The notes beneath the pieces were generated by a model. The model was not told where the DNA came from. It ran no database searches and worked only from the letters and a program-made list of their open reading frames with translations. Made by a program: the position numbers and the translations under genes. Positions 1 through 13,068 of a stretch of DNA of 64,000 nucleotides are shown piece after piece. How positions within the stretch are numbered: the first letter of the stretch is position 1; every line of letters starts with the position of its first letter. Origin of the DNA: Octopus vulgaris (lineage: Eukaryota); assembly GCA_951406725.2 (NCBI GenBank), contig OX597834.1, positions 31,434,001 to 31,498,000 of the forward strand, in the 5' to 3' direction.

Positions 1-620
1 AAAAATGATGGTGGTTGTGGTGGCAGTGGTGATGATGATGATGATCATAATGATGGTAATGATGATGATGATGATGAATGACTGTGGTGATGGAGATGAT
101 ACTAATAAATATTGAAGATGATTATGGTTGTGATGACAATAATGATAATAGCAATGACGATGTTGACAAGTAGGAAATGGCTGTTCTTTTTTATCCTTTC
201 GCTGCCAAAATCGATCCATATATCATGAAAAGTTTGAGAATTGAATCATTGGATTCCTTCCCCCCCACATTACCACTCTCACTGTTGCTATCCATCAATG
301 GGTGACAACCTCCACCATTTCACCCTTCTTCTCCTCCTTGTTGACCTGTAGACAAGACCAGGTCAGGCCCAACTCCAATTTGGGAGTTGAACTAAAAGTC
401 AAAACTTGAACTCAAAAGCTGGGCTGAGCACTCACTTGAGGACAAGGGAACACTCTTCACTTTTACAGTGCTACCACTGTCTACAACTCCAGATTGTTCT
501 GTCCTATTCATTTGTGATTCCTGTTTACAGCTACATAGACTGAGCCATTTCAGATTTATCTCTTTCGTTTGTTACTCTATTTTTAATGAATCTCCTTATG
601 AAATGCTGGATACCCATGTA

Positions 621-1035
621 GGCGCAGGAGTGGCTGTGTGGTAAGTAGCTTGCTAACCAACCACATGGTTCCGGGTTCAGTCCCACTGTGTGGCATCTTG
701 GGCAAGTGTCTTCTGCTATAGCCCCGGGCCGACCAAAGCCTTGTGAGTGGATTTGGTAGACGGAAACTGAAAGAAGCCTGTCGTATATATGTATATATAT
801 ATATAAGTGTGTGTGTATATGTTTGTGTGTCTGTGTTTGTCCCCCTAGCATTGCTTGACAACCGATGCTGGTGTGTTTATGTCCCCGTTACTTAGCGGTT
901 CAGCAAAAGAGACCGATAGAATAAGTACTGGGCTTACAAAAAGAATAAGTTCCGGGGTCGAGTTGCTTGATTAAAGGCGGTGCTCCAGCATGGCCGCAGT
1001 CAAATGACTGAAACAAGTAAAAGAGTAAAAGAGTA
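621..1035 (+). mobile_element. Full-length tRNA-derived SINE, family A (composite, with internal TA/TG microsatellite)
   Basis: tRNA-like head with A box (tggctgtgtgg) and B box (ggttcagtcc), CORE-like ccttgggcaagtgtctt, and tail ending gtaaaagagtaaaagagta. Near-identical copy at 44201-44612. Confidence 0.85.
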
Positions 1036-1229
1036 TCTTCTTTACAATAAGCTACCTGTGCTTGTTCCGCTATCACAGTTCAGCGTCTCAATATTTGGCA
1101 TAAATTCACCTCATCCCCTCGAATACTACTCCCCCCTCCACCCCCCTCATCGCTTAGGTCGATCAGAGCTTTTCTGTTTCTTGTTTCCTGATCTTTTCTT
1201 ATCTTGTAAGTTACTTGTGGCTTTGCTAA

Positions 1230-1770
1230 TGTTGGTGACAAGGGTGGGTGGAAAAAAGCACCCAGTAATACTCTTCAAAGTGGTTGGCATTTGGAAGGGT
1301 GTCGAGCTGTAGGAGCCGCACCAAAAGCAGAAGTTGGGGGGCCTGGCACAGTTCTGCGGCTCAAAGGACACTGTCAGACTGTCTAAACCCATGCCAGCTT
1401 GGTAAACAGATATCAAATGATGACAACGATGACGATGATGAGGATGATGATGATGATGAGCTTGATGATGATGAACATGATGATGATGATGATGATGATG
1501 ATGAAAATGATGATGAGTTTGATGATGATGTTAATGATGATGATGGTGGTGGTGATGGTGGTGGTGGTGGTGGTAGTGGTAGTAATGATGATGATGAGGA
1601 AGAGGGGGAGGATTTTTGATATTGTTGATGACAATGAGCATAATGTTTGATGACAGTAATAATGATAGTCTCAATGATGATGATGATGATGATGATGATG
1701 ACGATGATGATGATGATGATGACGATGATGATGATGATGATGACGATGATGATGATGATGATAATGACTG
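1230..1770 (+). mobile_element. SINE 3' part with (GAT)n tail, running into a GAT microsatellite
   Basis: ggcatttggaagggtgtcgagctgtag...ccatgccagc... then (gat)n. The same motif recurs at 2444-2670, 17797-18080, 35510-35650, 43985-44180 and 54600-54780. Confidence 0.7.
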
Positions 1771-2443
1771 CCTATATATTTCAATTAATTAACAATGTAA
1801 TCCAAGATGTTGGAGGATGTTTAGCAAAATATCTGTTCGCAGAGAAGTTTATCTCGTTAACTTACATTGTAATTATTTGTTTATTTTTCTTGCTGTTGTT
1901 GTTGTTGTTGTTGTTTTTTAGCCCCAGGTCGGCCCTGATGCAACAAGTGATCTAGATATGATCAAATGCATTTCAGCTGTGACTACACCAAGCAGACATA
2001 GTATTACAAACACACACATGTATATGGGTGTGTGTATGTGTACACACACATACACACACCCATATATAGACATCCATACGCACACACATACATGTACACA
2101 TTCATGTACAAGCGCACACATACACAAGCATATGCTCATTTTCATACACATACCTATATTAGCATGCATACATATACACAGATCTGTGTCTATATACACA
2201 TATATACACAGATCTGTGTCTATATACACAGATACATGTACACATATGTGTACACACATGCACATATGCACCCACACATGCATACTCAGGCACATATTTG
2301 CACACATACACACAACATTTCCTCATGTTTTTGCTTCAAAATAAATGTATGGTGTGAGCTTGAAGGAGATTTGACTGTTATTTCTAGCATGCCAAGTAAC
2401 TTTTCAATAGTGAAGGTGGTAGCTGTGGAGTTCATTAAAATCA

Positions 2444-2670
2444 TCACCATCATCATCATCATCATTTAGCGTCCGCTTTCCATGCTGGCATGGGTTGGAC
2501 GATTCGACCAGGGTCTGGGAAGCAAGAAGGCTGCACCAGGCTCCAGTCTGATCTGGCAATGTTTCTACGGCTGGATGCCCTTCCTAACGCCAACCACTCC
2601 ATGAGTGTAGTGGGTGCTTTTAGGTGCCAGACGAGGCTGGCAAACGGCCACAATCGGATGGTGCTTTTTA
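2444..2670 (-). mobile_element. SINE 3' part, (GAT)n-tailed family
   Basis: Reverse complement of aagggcatccagccgtagaaac...ccatgccagcatggaaagcggacgctaaatgatgat. Confidence 0.75.
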
Positions 2671-2854
2671 CGTACAGTTATTTGCTGGGAATAATTTTAT
2701 TCATCTATACCAGGTATTCCCAACCATTTTTTCCCCCTACCTCTGGGCTCTTTTGGTTCTTATTTTACTTTTACGGGGCCCTCAGAGCCTTTTGATGTCT
2801 TGAAAAATCCTGTTACATTTCCGTAATTAAATATTATAATAAATTGTGTAATGA

Positions 2855-3075
2855 GGTGAGCTAGCAGACTCATTACTGCACCAAAAGAAAAATGCTTGGA
2901 CAGCATTTATTTCAACTTTATGTTCTGAGTTCAAATGCTACTGGTGTCGACTTTGCCCTTTATCCTTTTGGGGGTCAATAAAATAAGTAACAGTCGAACA
3001 CTGGGGTCGATGTAAACAACTAGCCCTCCCCACTCACAAAATTTCCGACTTTGTGTCTGTAGCAGAAAGGAATGT
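2855..3075 (+). mobile_element. tRNA-derived SINE, family B
   Basis: gtgagctagcagactc...ctgagttcaaat...gtcgactttgccctttatccttttgggggtcaataaaataag. More than 15 related copies in the window. Confidence 0.8.
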
Positions 3076-3084
3076 TATAAGAAT

Positions 3085-3270
3085 TACTCTTTTACACATT
3101 TCAGTCATTTGACTGCAGCCATGCTGGAGTACTGCCTTTAGTCGAAGAAATTGACCCTGGGACTGATTCTTTGTAAGCCTAGTACTTATTCTATCGGTTC
3201 TCTTTTGCCGAACTACTAAGTTACAGGGACACCAACATCGGTTATCAAGCAATGGGGGGGGGGGGGGCAA
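3085..3270 (-). mobile_element. SINE family A 3' tail
   Basis: Reverse complement of the 870-1035 tail. Confidence 0.75.
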
Positions 3271-4159
3271 ACACACACACACACACACACACACAATTAG
3301 GTAAATGAAGAAATGGAGTCAAACACTATTTATTTTTTCCTTGTTATTTGTACACTTTAAAAAATATACATACATTTTTATATATATATTTTATATATAT
3401 ATACACACACACAAACACACACTATGGGCTTCTTTCAGTTTCCATCAACCAAATCCACTCATAAGGCTGTAGTAGAAGACACTTACCAAAGGTGCCACGC
3501 AATGGGGCTGAACCTGAAATCATGCGGTTGGGAAGTAGGCTTCTTACCACACAGCCAAAATTGTATAAAAATAATTCTTAAAATATTTTGTGTATTGTAA
3601 AAGTATAACAAATTTATTGCAGAAAAATTTTAACAACAAAACCTTATATCAAACCCCAAAAGGATGAAAGGCAAAATCAACCTTGGCGGAATGTGAACTC
3701 AGAACATAAAGACAGACAAAATCCCTCTAAGCATTTTGCCCAGGGCCTGCTAATGATTTTGCCAGCTTCCTCCAGTTTCCATCTGCCAAGTCCACTTACA
3801 AAGCTTTGGTCATCTTGAGGCTCTAACAAAAGACACTCACCCTAGGTGCCACACTGTGGGACTGAACCCAAAACTTAGCAGTTTGGCAAAAAGAGATTGA
3901 CAGAATAAATACTAGGCTTAAGGGGAAAAAAAAATGTCCTGAGTTGATTTGTTCGACTAAATCTCTTAAGACAGTGCTCCAGCATGGCCACAGTTCAATG
4001 ATTGAAATCAGCAAAGGATAAAGGATAATTTAACTTCTTCCTCCTCTGTCTTGATGATTCTTTCTGTGTGTGTGTGTGTGTGTTTGTCTTCTTATATAGT
4101 GTTCCTTTATTTATTGCCTGCCACCAAGCCTAGTATGTGCATATACCCCTGTTATATTC

Positions 4160-4375
4160 TTTTCTACACTAGGCACAAGGCCCGAATTTTAAGGGGAGGG
4201 AGGTCCAGTCAATTAGATCGACTCCAGTATGCAACTGGTACTTAATTTATCGACCCCGAAAGGAGGAAAGGCAAAGTCGACCTCAGCGGAATTTGAACTC
4301 AGAATGTAAAGATAGATGAAATACCACTAAGCATCTCGTCTGGCATGCTAACATTTCTGCCAGCTCCGCCGCCTT
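4160..4375 (-). mobile_element. SINE family B
   Basis: tcgaccccgaaaggaggaaaggcaaagtcgacctcagcggaatttgaactcag. Confidence 0.8.
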
Positions 4376-4968
4376 ATACACCTGTTATATTAATTCTCTC
4401 TTGTACTCTCTCTACACCATGTAGAAGTGTGACTGGGAAAAACAACCAATCAACCAACATTTATATTGGCTATCATTACAGAGAGAGAAAAATAATTATG
4501 TATTATCAATTACTTATATAATAGTTAATTAATTCTTTATTTTAATTATTGTATCTATTACAGAAAACAATTTCATAAGGGAAAGAAAGGGAAGATTTTT
4601 TTTTAATAAATTTTTTCTTGGTGATTCTGAATGGCCAAGTACATGTGTAAAATAAATGTATGTTGTGAATGGGGTGTATATGAGCATGTTGGGTGTACAG
4701 GTATGTGTGTGGGTATATATGAGTGCATATAAGTGTGCAGGTGTGAATGTAGGCATATATATATGTGTGTGTGTTTGTTGGGTATTTATGTGTGTATATG
4801 GGTATACATGCACATGTGTGTCGGGTATTTATGCGCGTGTATAGATGTGTGTGTATATGTGAGTGTATTTTTTTAAATGTATGTATATGCGTATTAGTGT
4901 ATGCAGTATCTGAGTATTTGTGTGTGTCCATGTGGGTGTATACATGTATGTGTGTATATGCATACATG

Positions 4969-5099
4969 TACTGCAGTGTAACAGTGTGGAACTGCAGAGT
5001 CTATGGGCAGTGATCAAAAATTCGATGGCTATGTCATGGCTGGCAATTCTCTGACTGTAAAAGACTCTTGTATAGAACAGTATTGACAATGTCTTGATG
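4969..5099 (+). promoter_or_regulatory. Intronic arm complementary to the 5726-5817 splice-acceptor/exon region (ECS-like)
   Basis: 4981-4997 pairs with 5787-5803 (17 bp, 2 G-U); 4969-4979 with 5807-5817; 5007-5020 with 5749-5764; 5091-5099 with 5726-5734. The helices are nested. Confidence 0.6.
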
Positions 5100-5161
5100 G
5101 TTCACCTGGTTCATATTGTTGTTGTTTAACTTGTAAAGAAAAATAAAAAAGCTAATATCAA

Positions 5162-5233
<72 letters not shown>

Positions 5234-5382
5234 TGTATGTCTGTATATATACATACATATATGTGTGTGTGTATATGTATATACACATATATTATATATA
5301 TATATATATATACACATACATACATACATAACACACACATATACATACACATACATATGCATAAATTTTCAGGTGTCAGCTA

Positions 5383-5494
<112 letters not shown>

Positions 5495-5664
5495 AGTCAA
5501 TCAGTCTATCTATCTATCTATCTATCTGTCTATCTATCTGCCTATCTATCTATCATAACATGTGTGTGCTCGCGTGTGTATATATACATACATACATACA
5601 TACATACATACACATATTGTTCAGCCTGCACACGCACACACACAGACACACGCACACACACACA

Positions 5665-5703
<39 letters not shown>

Positions 5704-5792
5704 TTAGCCATTCTGCTGCAGCAGACATTAAGACGAAATGGCTCTTTGTTTTTGCTTTTACTGCATTTTATTTCATCTTCTTTTCCCTGCAG

Positions 5793-5814
5793 TTCCATGC
5801 TGTATGGTGCTGCA
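5793..5814 (+). other. Candidate small exon (22 nt if the GTGAGC donor is used, or the start of a terminal exon)
   Basis: Strong polypyrimidine tract tttcatcttcttttccctgcag|TTCCATGCTGTATGGTGCTGCA|gtgagc in a unique island between microsatellites. Host gene unknown. Confidence 0.4.
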
Positions 5815-5939
5815 GTGAGCTGCACAGATAACAGCACATTACACCACTGCTGATAGCATACAGCATTGCTGTGGTTACACTCAACCTAAAGCATCTCCTT
5901 TATCCATTTTTTTTTTTACCTTTCCGCCTTTATAGTTTC

Positions 5940-6945
5940 CCCCCCCCCCCCCCCACCTTTCCTTTTCGTCTTTCTCTCTCTTTCTTTCCTTCTTCTTTCT
6001 TATCCTTTGGTCGTCCTCATCTTTCCATCTATGTATTTCATTGTTCTCTTACCCCCCTCCTCCTCCGCCTCCGCCTCATTCCGCACCCCCCCCCCGTACA
6101 CATGCACACACGCACACACACACACGCCGCCTCTTCCTTCACCCCCCCCCCTTTCTGCCTCTTCACCCAATCTGCCCTCCCCCTCTTCCTTTCTTGACTC
6201 CTGCCTCCTCTTCCCTCCTCCTCCTCCACTGTCTTTCTCCTCTTCCTTCCTCTACCTTTTCTCTCCCTCTCTCTCTCTTCTCTTTCTCTGTCTTCTGCCC
6301 TCCTCCTCCTCCTCCTCCTCTGCCCTCACCCTCTCTCTTTATCTTTTAATCTTTCATTTTCTTTCTGTCTTTTTTCCTTCATTTTTTTATGTCCTCTACT
6401 GTTTTTTTATTTTCTTTTTTTTTGTGGGGGGGAGGGGTATTTTATTTTGGTTTCTTTTTCTTTCTTTTTCTCTTTACCATCCTCTGCTTTGCCCTCTTCC
6501 TCCCCTTTTCCCCTCTCTCTCTTCTTCCCCCCTTCTGTCGTCTCTCTCTCTCTCTTTCTTCCTCATTCTCCCCTCCTCTCCCTCCCTTTATCCATTAATC
6601 TTTCATCTTCTCTCTGTCTTTTTCTTCATTTTTAATAGCCTTTTTCTTTTTTCATTTCATTTTTATCCTATTTCTTTTTATTTGTTTTTGTTTTTTTATC
6701 AAGCACCATCTCTCTTCCTCTTCCTTCTCCTCCCCTAATTTTCTTCTCCTTTTCCTCTTCTTTTCCTTTCTCTTCTATTTTAATCCTTCTTTGTTCTGAT
6801 GTCTTCTTCATTTTCTTTTATCTCATGTCATCTTCTTCATTATATTTGTTCTTGCTTTCCTTCTTTGTTGCTTTCTTGTCATTTTTCTTCTTTTTTCTCA
6901 TTTTTCTTCTTTTTTCTCATTTTTTTCTTTTCCACTCTTTTTCTG
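5940..6945. repeat. CT-rich polypyrimidine low-complexity tract
   Basis: About 1 kb dominated by C/T on the plus strand. Confidence 0.9.
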
Positions 6946-6980
6946 CAGGTATGTGTGTGTGTATGTGTGTGTGTGTGTGT

Positions 6981-7093
6981 GTGATTGAGCGTGAGTCCAT
7001 ATGTATGAGAAAGTGTGCATGAGGAATTGTATGTGTGTGTGTGTGTGTGATTGAGCGTGAGTCCGTATGTATGGGAAAGTGTGTATGAGGAAT

Positions 7094-7128
<35 letters not shown>

Positions 7129-7232
7129 ATGTGAGTGAGAGAATATATGTGACAAAATGTGTGATAGAGTATGTGAGGACATGAGTGTGTGACAGAATGT
7201 GTGTGAGAATGTGTATGTGTATGTGAGGGAGA

Positions 7233-7276
<44 letters not shown>

Positions 7277-7325
7277 CTGAGCGTGAGTCCATATGTATGA
7301 GAAAGTGTGTATGAGAAATTGTATG
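6981..7325. repeat. Three copies of a ~50-bp unit embedded in (GT)n
   Basis: gtgattgagcgtgagtccatatgtatgagaaagtgtg at about 6981, 7047 and 7272. Confidence 0.8.
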
Positions 7326-7936
7326 TGTGTGTGTGTGGATACCTATGAATGTGTATAAGAGAACCTGTCTGATTGGTCAGTGTGTATGAAAGTCTGTGAG
7401 TGTGTAAGCAGGTGTGAGGTAGGGAGAGTGCTTGTGAGTGTGTGTGTGTGTGTGCATGTGTGTGTGTGCATGAGAATGTCTGTGTGTATGTGAGAGTGAG
7501 TGTGTGTGAATGTGTGTGTATGAGGGAGAGAGAGAGTGTGTGTGAGAGTGTAAGCACGAGGGAGCGAGAGCTAGAGTGTGTGTGAGAGAGAAAGCGGGAG
7601 AGTGTGTGTGCATGTGTGTTAGAATGCATGTGAATGCATATAAGAGTCTGTGTGAGCATGTGTGTGTGTGTGTGAGTGTGTTTGTGTGTGTGACTGTGCT
7701 CACATGAGTGCGCATGAGACAGTATTTGTACATTGTCACTCCATAACTTTTCTACTGCTACTACAACGGTCTCTGCTCTTCAAAAATTGCTGATTTTGTT
7801 ATTACCATCATTTCTGCCCAGACTCACCCATATGTATGTATAAATATGTGGGCGTATGCAGCTATATAGTTGTGTGTGTGTGTGTGTGCATGTGTGTATA
7901 TGTGTGTGTGTGTGTGTATAATTCTATATATATGTC

Positions 7937-7967
<31 letters not shown>

Positions 7968-7997
7968 TACACACATACATATATGCACATGTATGTG

Positions 7998-8064
<67 letters not shown>

Positions 8065-8109
8065 ATATATGCACATATATGTGTATGTATATATATACAC
8101 ACATATATA

Positions 8110-8275
8110 CACTAAGTATGGGGGTTTAGGTCACAGGTGATTTAAACGATTAGGTAAGTGCTGTAACAGGTTACTAGGGTTCAAAGGTTATAGCTGAGAT
8201 GGTAATTATGGAGCCATTGCAAATTTCTGATATATACGTTTAAATCACCTGTGAACTAAACCCCCATACTTAGTG
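8110..8275. mobile_element. MITE with 39-bp terminal inverted repeats beginning CACTA, flanked by TA
   Basis: cactaagtatgggggtttaggtcacaggtgatttaaacg (8110-8148) versus its inverse at 8237-8275, one mismatch. Confidence 0.85.
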
Positions 8276-8281
8276 TATATA

Positions 8282-8331
<50 letters not shown>

Positions 8332-9004
8332 TGTTTATACTCATGCACACACATATACAACGGACCTCTTTCAGTTTCTGTCTAGCAAGTCCACTCACAA
8401 GGCTTTGGTCAGTTCAAGAGCTATAGATTAAAAGGGCATCCTTTTACACAAAATCTGGGTGATGCTTTTGTGAGGTTGGCATTTTGAGTCTGCTGTATAA
8501 AGCCTGTATAAGCTTGAGGGCCCAGCGGGGGTGGAGAAGAGCTGCCCTGGGTGGCACACTCTCAAGCTATACCACTGGAGTTGGTCCCTGATAGAGCAGA
8601 TCTATGATCAAAGGCATTCCAGTCATGACCGTCCTATCATTTCCGAGGCTTATTATAAGACTGCATTGCCTAATGGGTCCTTCCCAGTTTTTTAAAGACA
8701 TTTAAGAACAATTTGAGGGAGACTCGACTGCTATTTTTAACAAGTTAAGCAACCAAACTGAGCTCCCTTCATTGATTTATCTGTGTTCTAGTTATTTGAT
8801 TTCAGTAAAACTTGGACCCACAATGCACAAGTAAAACACAAAAACTCTGACCAAGATTTGAACCGTGGCTTTGGGCTTCTATTCTTGAATTTACCAGCAT
8901 TATATATTATTGAAGTGACAACTGAAACTGTATTTTTACTTGTTCGTTAGGCTTAATAAGATATACCATGTTGTTGCTAATTGTTTTAGATGCCTATATC
9001 GTCA

Positions 9005-9940
9005 GAGTAGGCTGTGTGATTAAGAAGCTGATTTTGTAAACATGTAGTTTTGGGTTCAGTCCTACAGCATGGTGCCTTGGGCAAGTGTCTTCTACTATAG
9101 CCCTGGGCTGACTAATACCTTGTGGGGGAATTTGGTAGATGGAAACTTTGTAGAAGCCCATCATATATGTCAGTATCATCATCATCATCAACATCATCAT
9201 TTAATGTCTGTTGTCCATGCTGGCATGGGTCGGACGGTTTGACTGGGCTGGCAAGGCTGGAAGGCTGCACCAGACTGCAGTCTTATTTGGCATTGTTTTC
9301 TATGACTGGATACCCTTCCTAATGCCAACCACTCCGAGAGTGTAATGGGTGCTTTTACATGCCACTGGCGCAGGTGCCATTTTTGTGGCACTGAGGTGCG
9401 TTTACATGCCACTGACAAGGGTGCCAATTTGCGTGACACCGCAACCTGCCATGACTGTGATTTTGCTTGGCTTGATGGGTGTTTTTATCAAGTACAACAT
9501 AATGCCAAAGGTCTTGGTCATTGCTTCCATGAGACCCAATGCTTGAGAGGAACTCAGCCACTTTGTCTCTGTCAGACCCAACGCTTGAAAGGAACTCAGC
9601 TACTTTGCCTCCATTAAGCCCAATGCTTGAAAGGAACTCAGCCACTTTGCCTCCATCAGGCCAAGTGTTCAGACGGTGTTCTTTACATGCCACTAGCACG
9701 GGGGCACTTGGCTGTATATTTATGTTTGCATCTGTGTCTATGTTTGTCCATCATTACCCCACCCCTCACATCTTGACAACTAGTTGTTGCTAAGTTTATG
9801 TCCTCATAACTTAGCAGTTTGGCAAAACGATTCCCATGAAATAAGTAGCAGACTTAAGTACTGGGCTTGATTTGTATGACTAAAATCCCTCAAGTCAGTG
9901 CTCCAGCATGACCAGTACAATGACTGGAACCAGGAAAAGA
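9005..9940 (+). mobile_element. SINE family A interrupted by an inverted (GAT)n-tailed element (~9175-9710)
   Basis: Head at 9005-9170 and tail at 9720-9940. The inner element matches 2444-2670 and carries 3 x 42-bp repeats. Confidence 0.7.
9533..9663. repeat. 42-bp tandem repeat x3
   Basis: Unit cccaatgcttgaaaggaactcagccactttgcctccatta. Confidence 0.85.
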
Positions 9941-10150
9941 TTTAAAAAAAAATTTTTTTTTTTTAATTGAAGAGAAGATAAGAAATTCTACTTTGGTTCT
10001 TTAGATGCTTTCCATCCATAACAAGTTTGGCTGCTGTAGTGGAACACCCGAGGAACTAAAATTAAAAAGATAAATAAAAATAAATTAAAATAAAAAATGA
10101 AAAAAATTAATGAAAGACAGAAAAAAGGAATCATGAAAAAAATAGAATGC

Positions 10151-10169
10151 AGTAATAATAATAACAACG

Positions 10170-10248
<79 letters not shown>

Positions 10249-10325
10249 TGATAATAATAATAATAGTAATAGTAATAATAATAATAATAATGAAAATAAT
10301 AATAATAATAATAATAATAATAGTA

Positions 10326-10368
<43 letters not shown>

Positions 10369-10391
10369 TAATAATAATAATAATAATAATA

Positions 10392-10431
<40 letters not shown>

Positions 10432-10445
10432 AAATAATAATAATA

Positions 10446-10491
<46 letters not shown>

Positions 10492-10505
10492 AAATAATAA
10501 TAATA

Positions 10506-10554
<49 letters not shown>

Positions 10555-10580
10555 TAATAATAATGATAATAATGATAATT
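10151..10580. repeat. (TAA)n microsatellite
   Basis: Direct inspection. Confidence 0.95.
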
Positions 10581-10885
10581 TCTTTTAACTTTTATCATTT
10601 TTTATTTTATTTATTTTGTTTTTAACATGGAGGATTTTTTTTTCTTTTTTTCAAAGTTCAGCAAAGTTAAAGTTGGCATGGAATGAAATTGGTCTCTTGT
10701 GAAGAATCTTTGATGCCGGTTCACACATATATTCATATATTTTCATTTTCGTGAAATGTAGTTTTGCCTTTAATAACTCCGCATCAATGAATGTTTTTCT
10801 CTGCGGCAGTTCTTAACAAGTCCACCAGCTTTCTCTGCCTTCTCCAACCGAGGAAGAGTGAACACAAATGGCTGGTTAGCCGAGT

Positions 10886-11325
<440 letters not shown>

Positions 11326-11422
11326 TCAAACCTGGAACTTAACTATAGTCTGTCCATAGTATTTACTCAGCATTACCTAATACCTTTAGGTTTTCTTGAC
11401 ACCATTACTTCTCATAACCTCA

Positions 11423-11454
<32 letters not shown>

Positions 11455-11730
11455 AAATGAAAGAATGGAGTTGAACGACGATTTAACAAAATTCTGACGT
11501 GAATTTGCTACCCAGGTATTGGTTAACCGAATTATCCATATATATATATATATATACATATATAGAGATAGATATATAATGAGAGAGAGGGGGAGAGAAA
11601 AAGAGATAGAAAGAGATATATGTAAATAATTATAGATTGTTTTATATAAATAAGCATATAAATATGTGTGTGTATAGATAGATAGATAGATCGATAGACA
11701 GACAGACAGACAGGCAAACAGACAAACAGT

Positions 11731-11793
<63 letters not shown>

Positions 11794-12585
11794 GTAAATA
11801 GACAGACAGATAGATATATGTAGATAAATATAAATTATTTAATATTTAATATAGATAGATAGATAGATAGACAGAAAGACGACCGACGGGCGGACAGACA
11901 GATAGATAGATAGACAGACAGACAAATGAGTGAACTGAAACTTAGAAAGAAAGACAGGTAGAGATAGATAGATAGATAAGATAGATAGATAGATAGATAG
12001 AGAGAGACAGACAGACAGACAGAGAAAGAGAGAGAGGGAGGGACGGAAGGATGGGGAGAGAGAAAGAAGTCAGATTCATCTCCATTTGTCATCAGGATTC
12101 ATGGATGTCATCTTAACTCCATCAATTCTTGACTGCGATGCTGCTTTGAGAGAGAAAATTCTTCTTCTGATTTTTCTATCAGTCCATTTCCTCCACCGAC
12201 CCACCACCAACACCAACACCAACATCACCACCAACACCACCACCACCGCCGCCGCCGCCATTCTGCTATAAGCGCGCGCACACACACACACACACACCTG
12301 GTTCCTATAGCAGTGTGTGATTTAACTTCTAACAATTAATTGTATGAAAAGCATGTGTGCGTCCCCCTACCCACTCCCCTGTCTCAACACATACCACAAT
12401 CTTTTTTATTTCGCTTTGTTTTTCTTATTTTCTTTTACTGCAGAGATTTTTTTTATTTTATATATATATTGGTATTTTCAGAGATAATTTTTTTTAATGC
12501 CACTATCAGGTTTTTTAAGAGATTTGTTCACTTTAGCTTTTGTTTTTCTTTTTAGATATATTTGCATTTATAGTTGGCATACTTG

Positions 12586-12619
<34 letters not shown>

Positions 12620-12748
12620 CACATACATATATATATATATATATGTGTGTGTGTGTATATATATATATATAGATATGAATATATATGTATGTATGTATAA
12701 GTACTTATATACATTTATATATATTATATATTTATATGTATGTATATG

Positions 12749-12782
<34 letters not shown>

Positions 12783-12836
12783 ATATAATATATAGATGTG
12801 TATATATATATATGTATATATGAACACACACATGCA

Positions 12837-12877
<41 letters not shown>

Positions 12878-12979
12878 CATTCTATAAAGCATTGAATACC
12901 ATACCTGCTTTCTGTATGTTGTTATTTTTACGACCCCACCCACACCTACACATATCTATCTATCTACCTATCTCTCTCT

Positions 12980-13068
<89 letters not shown>

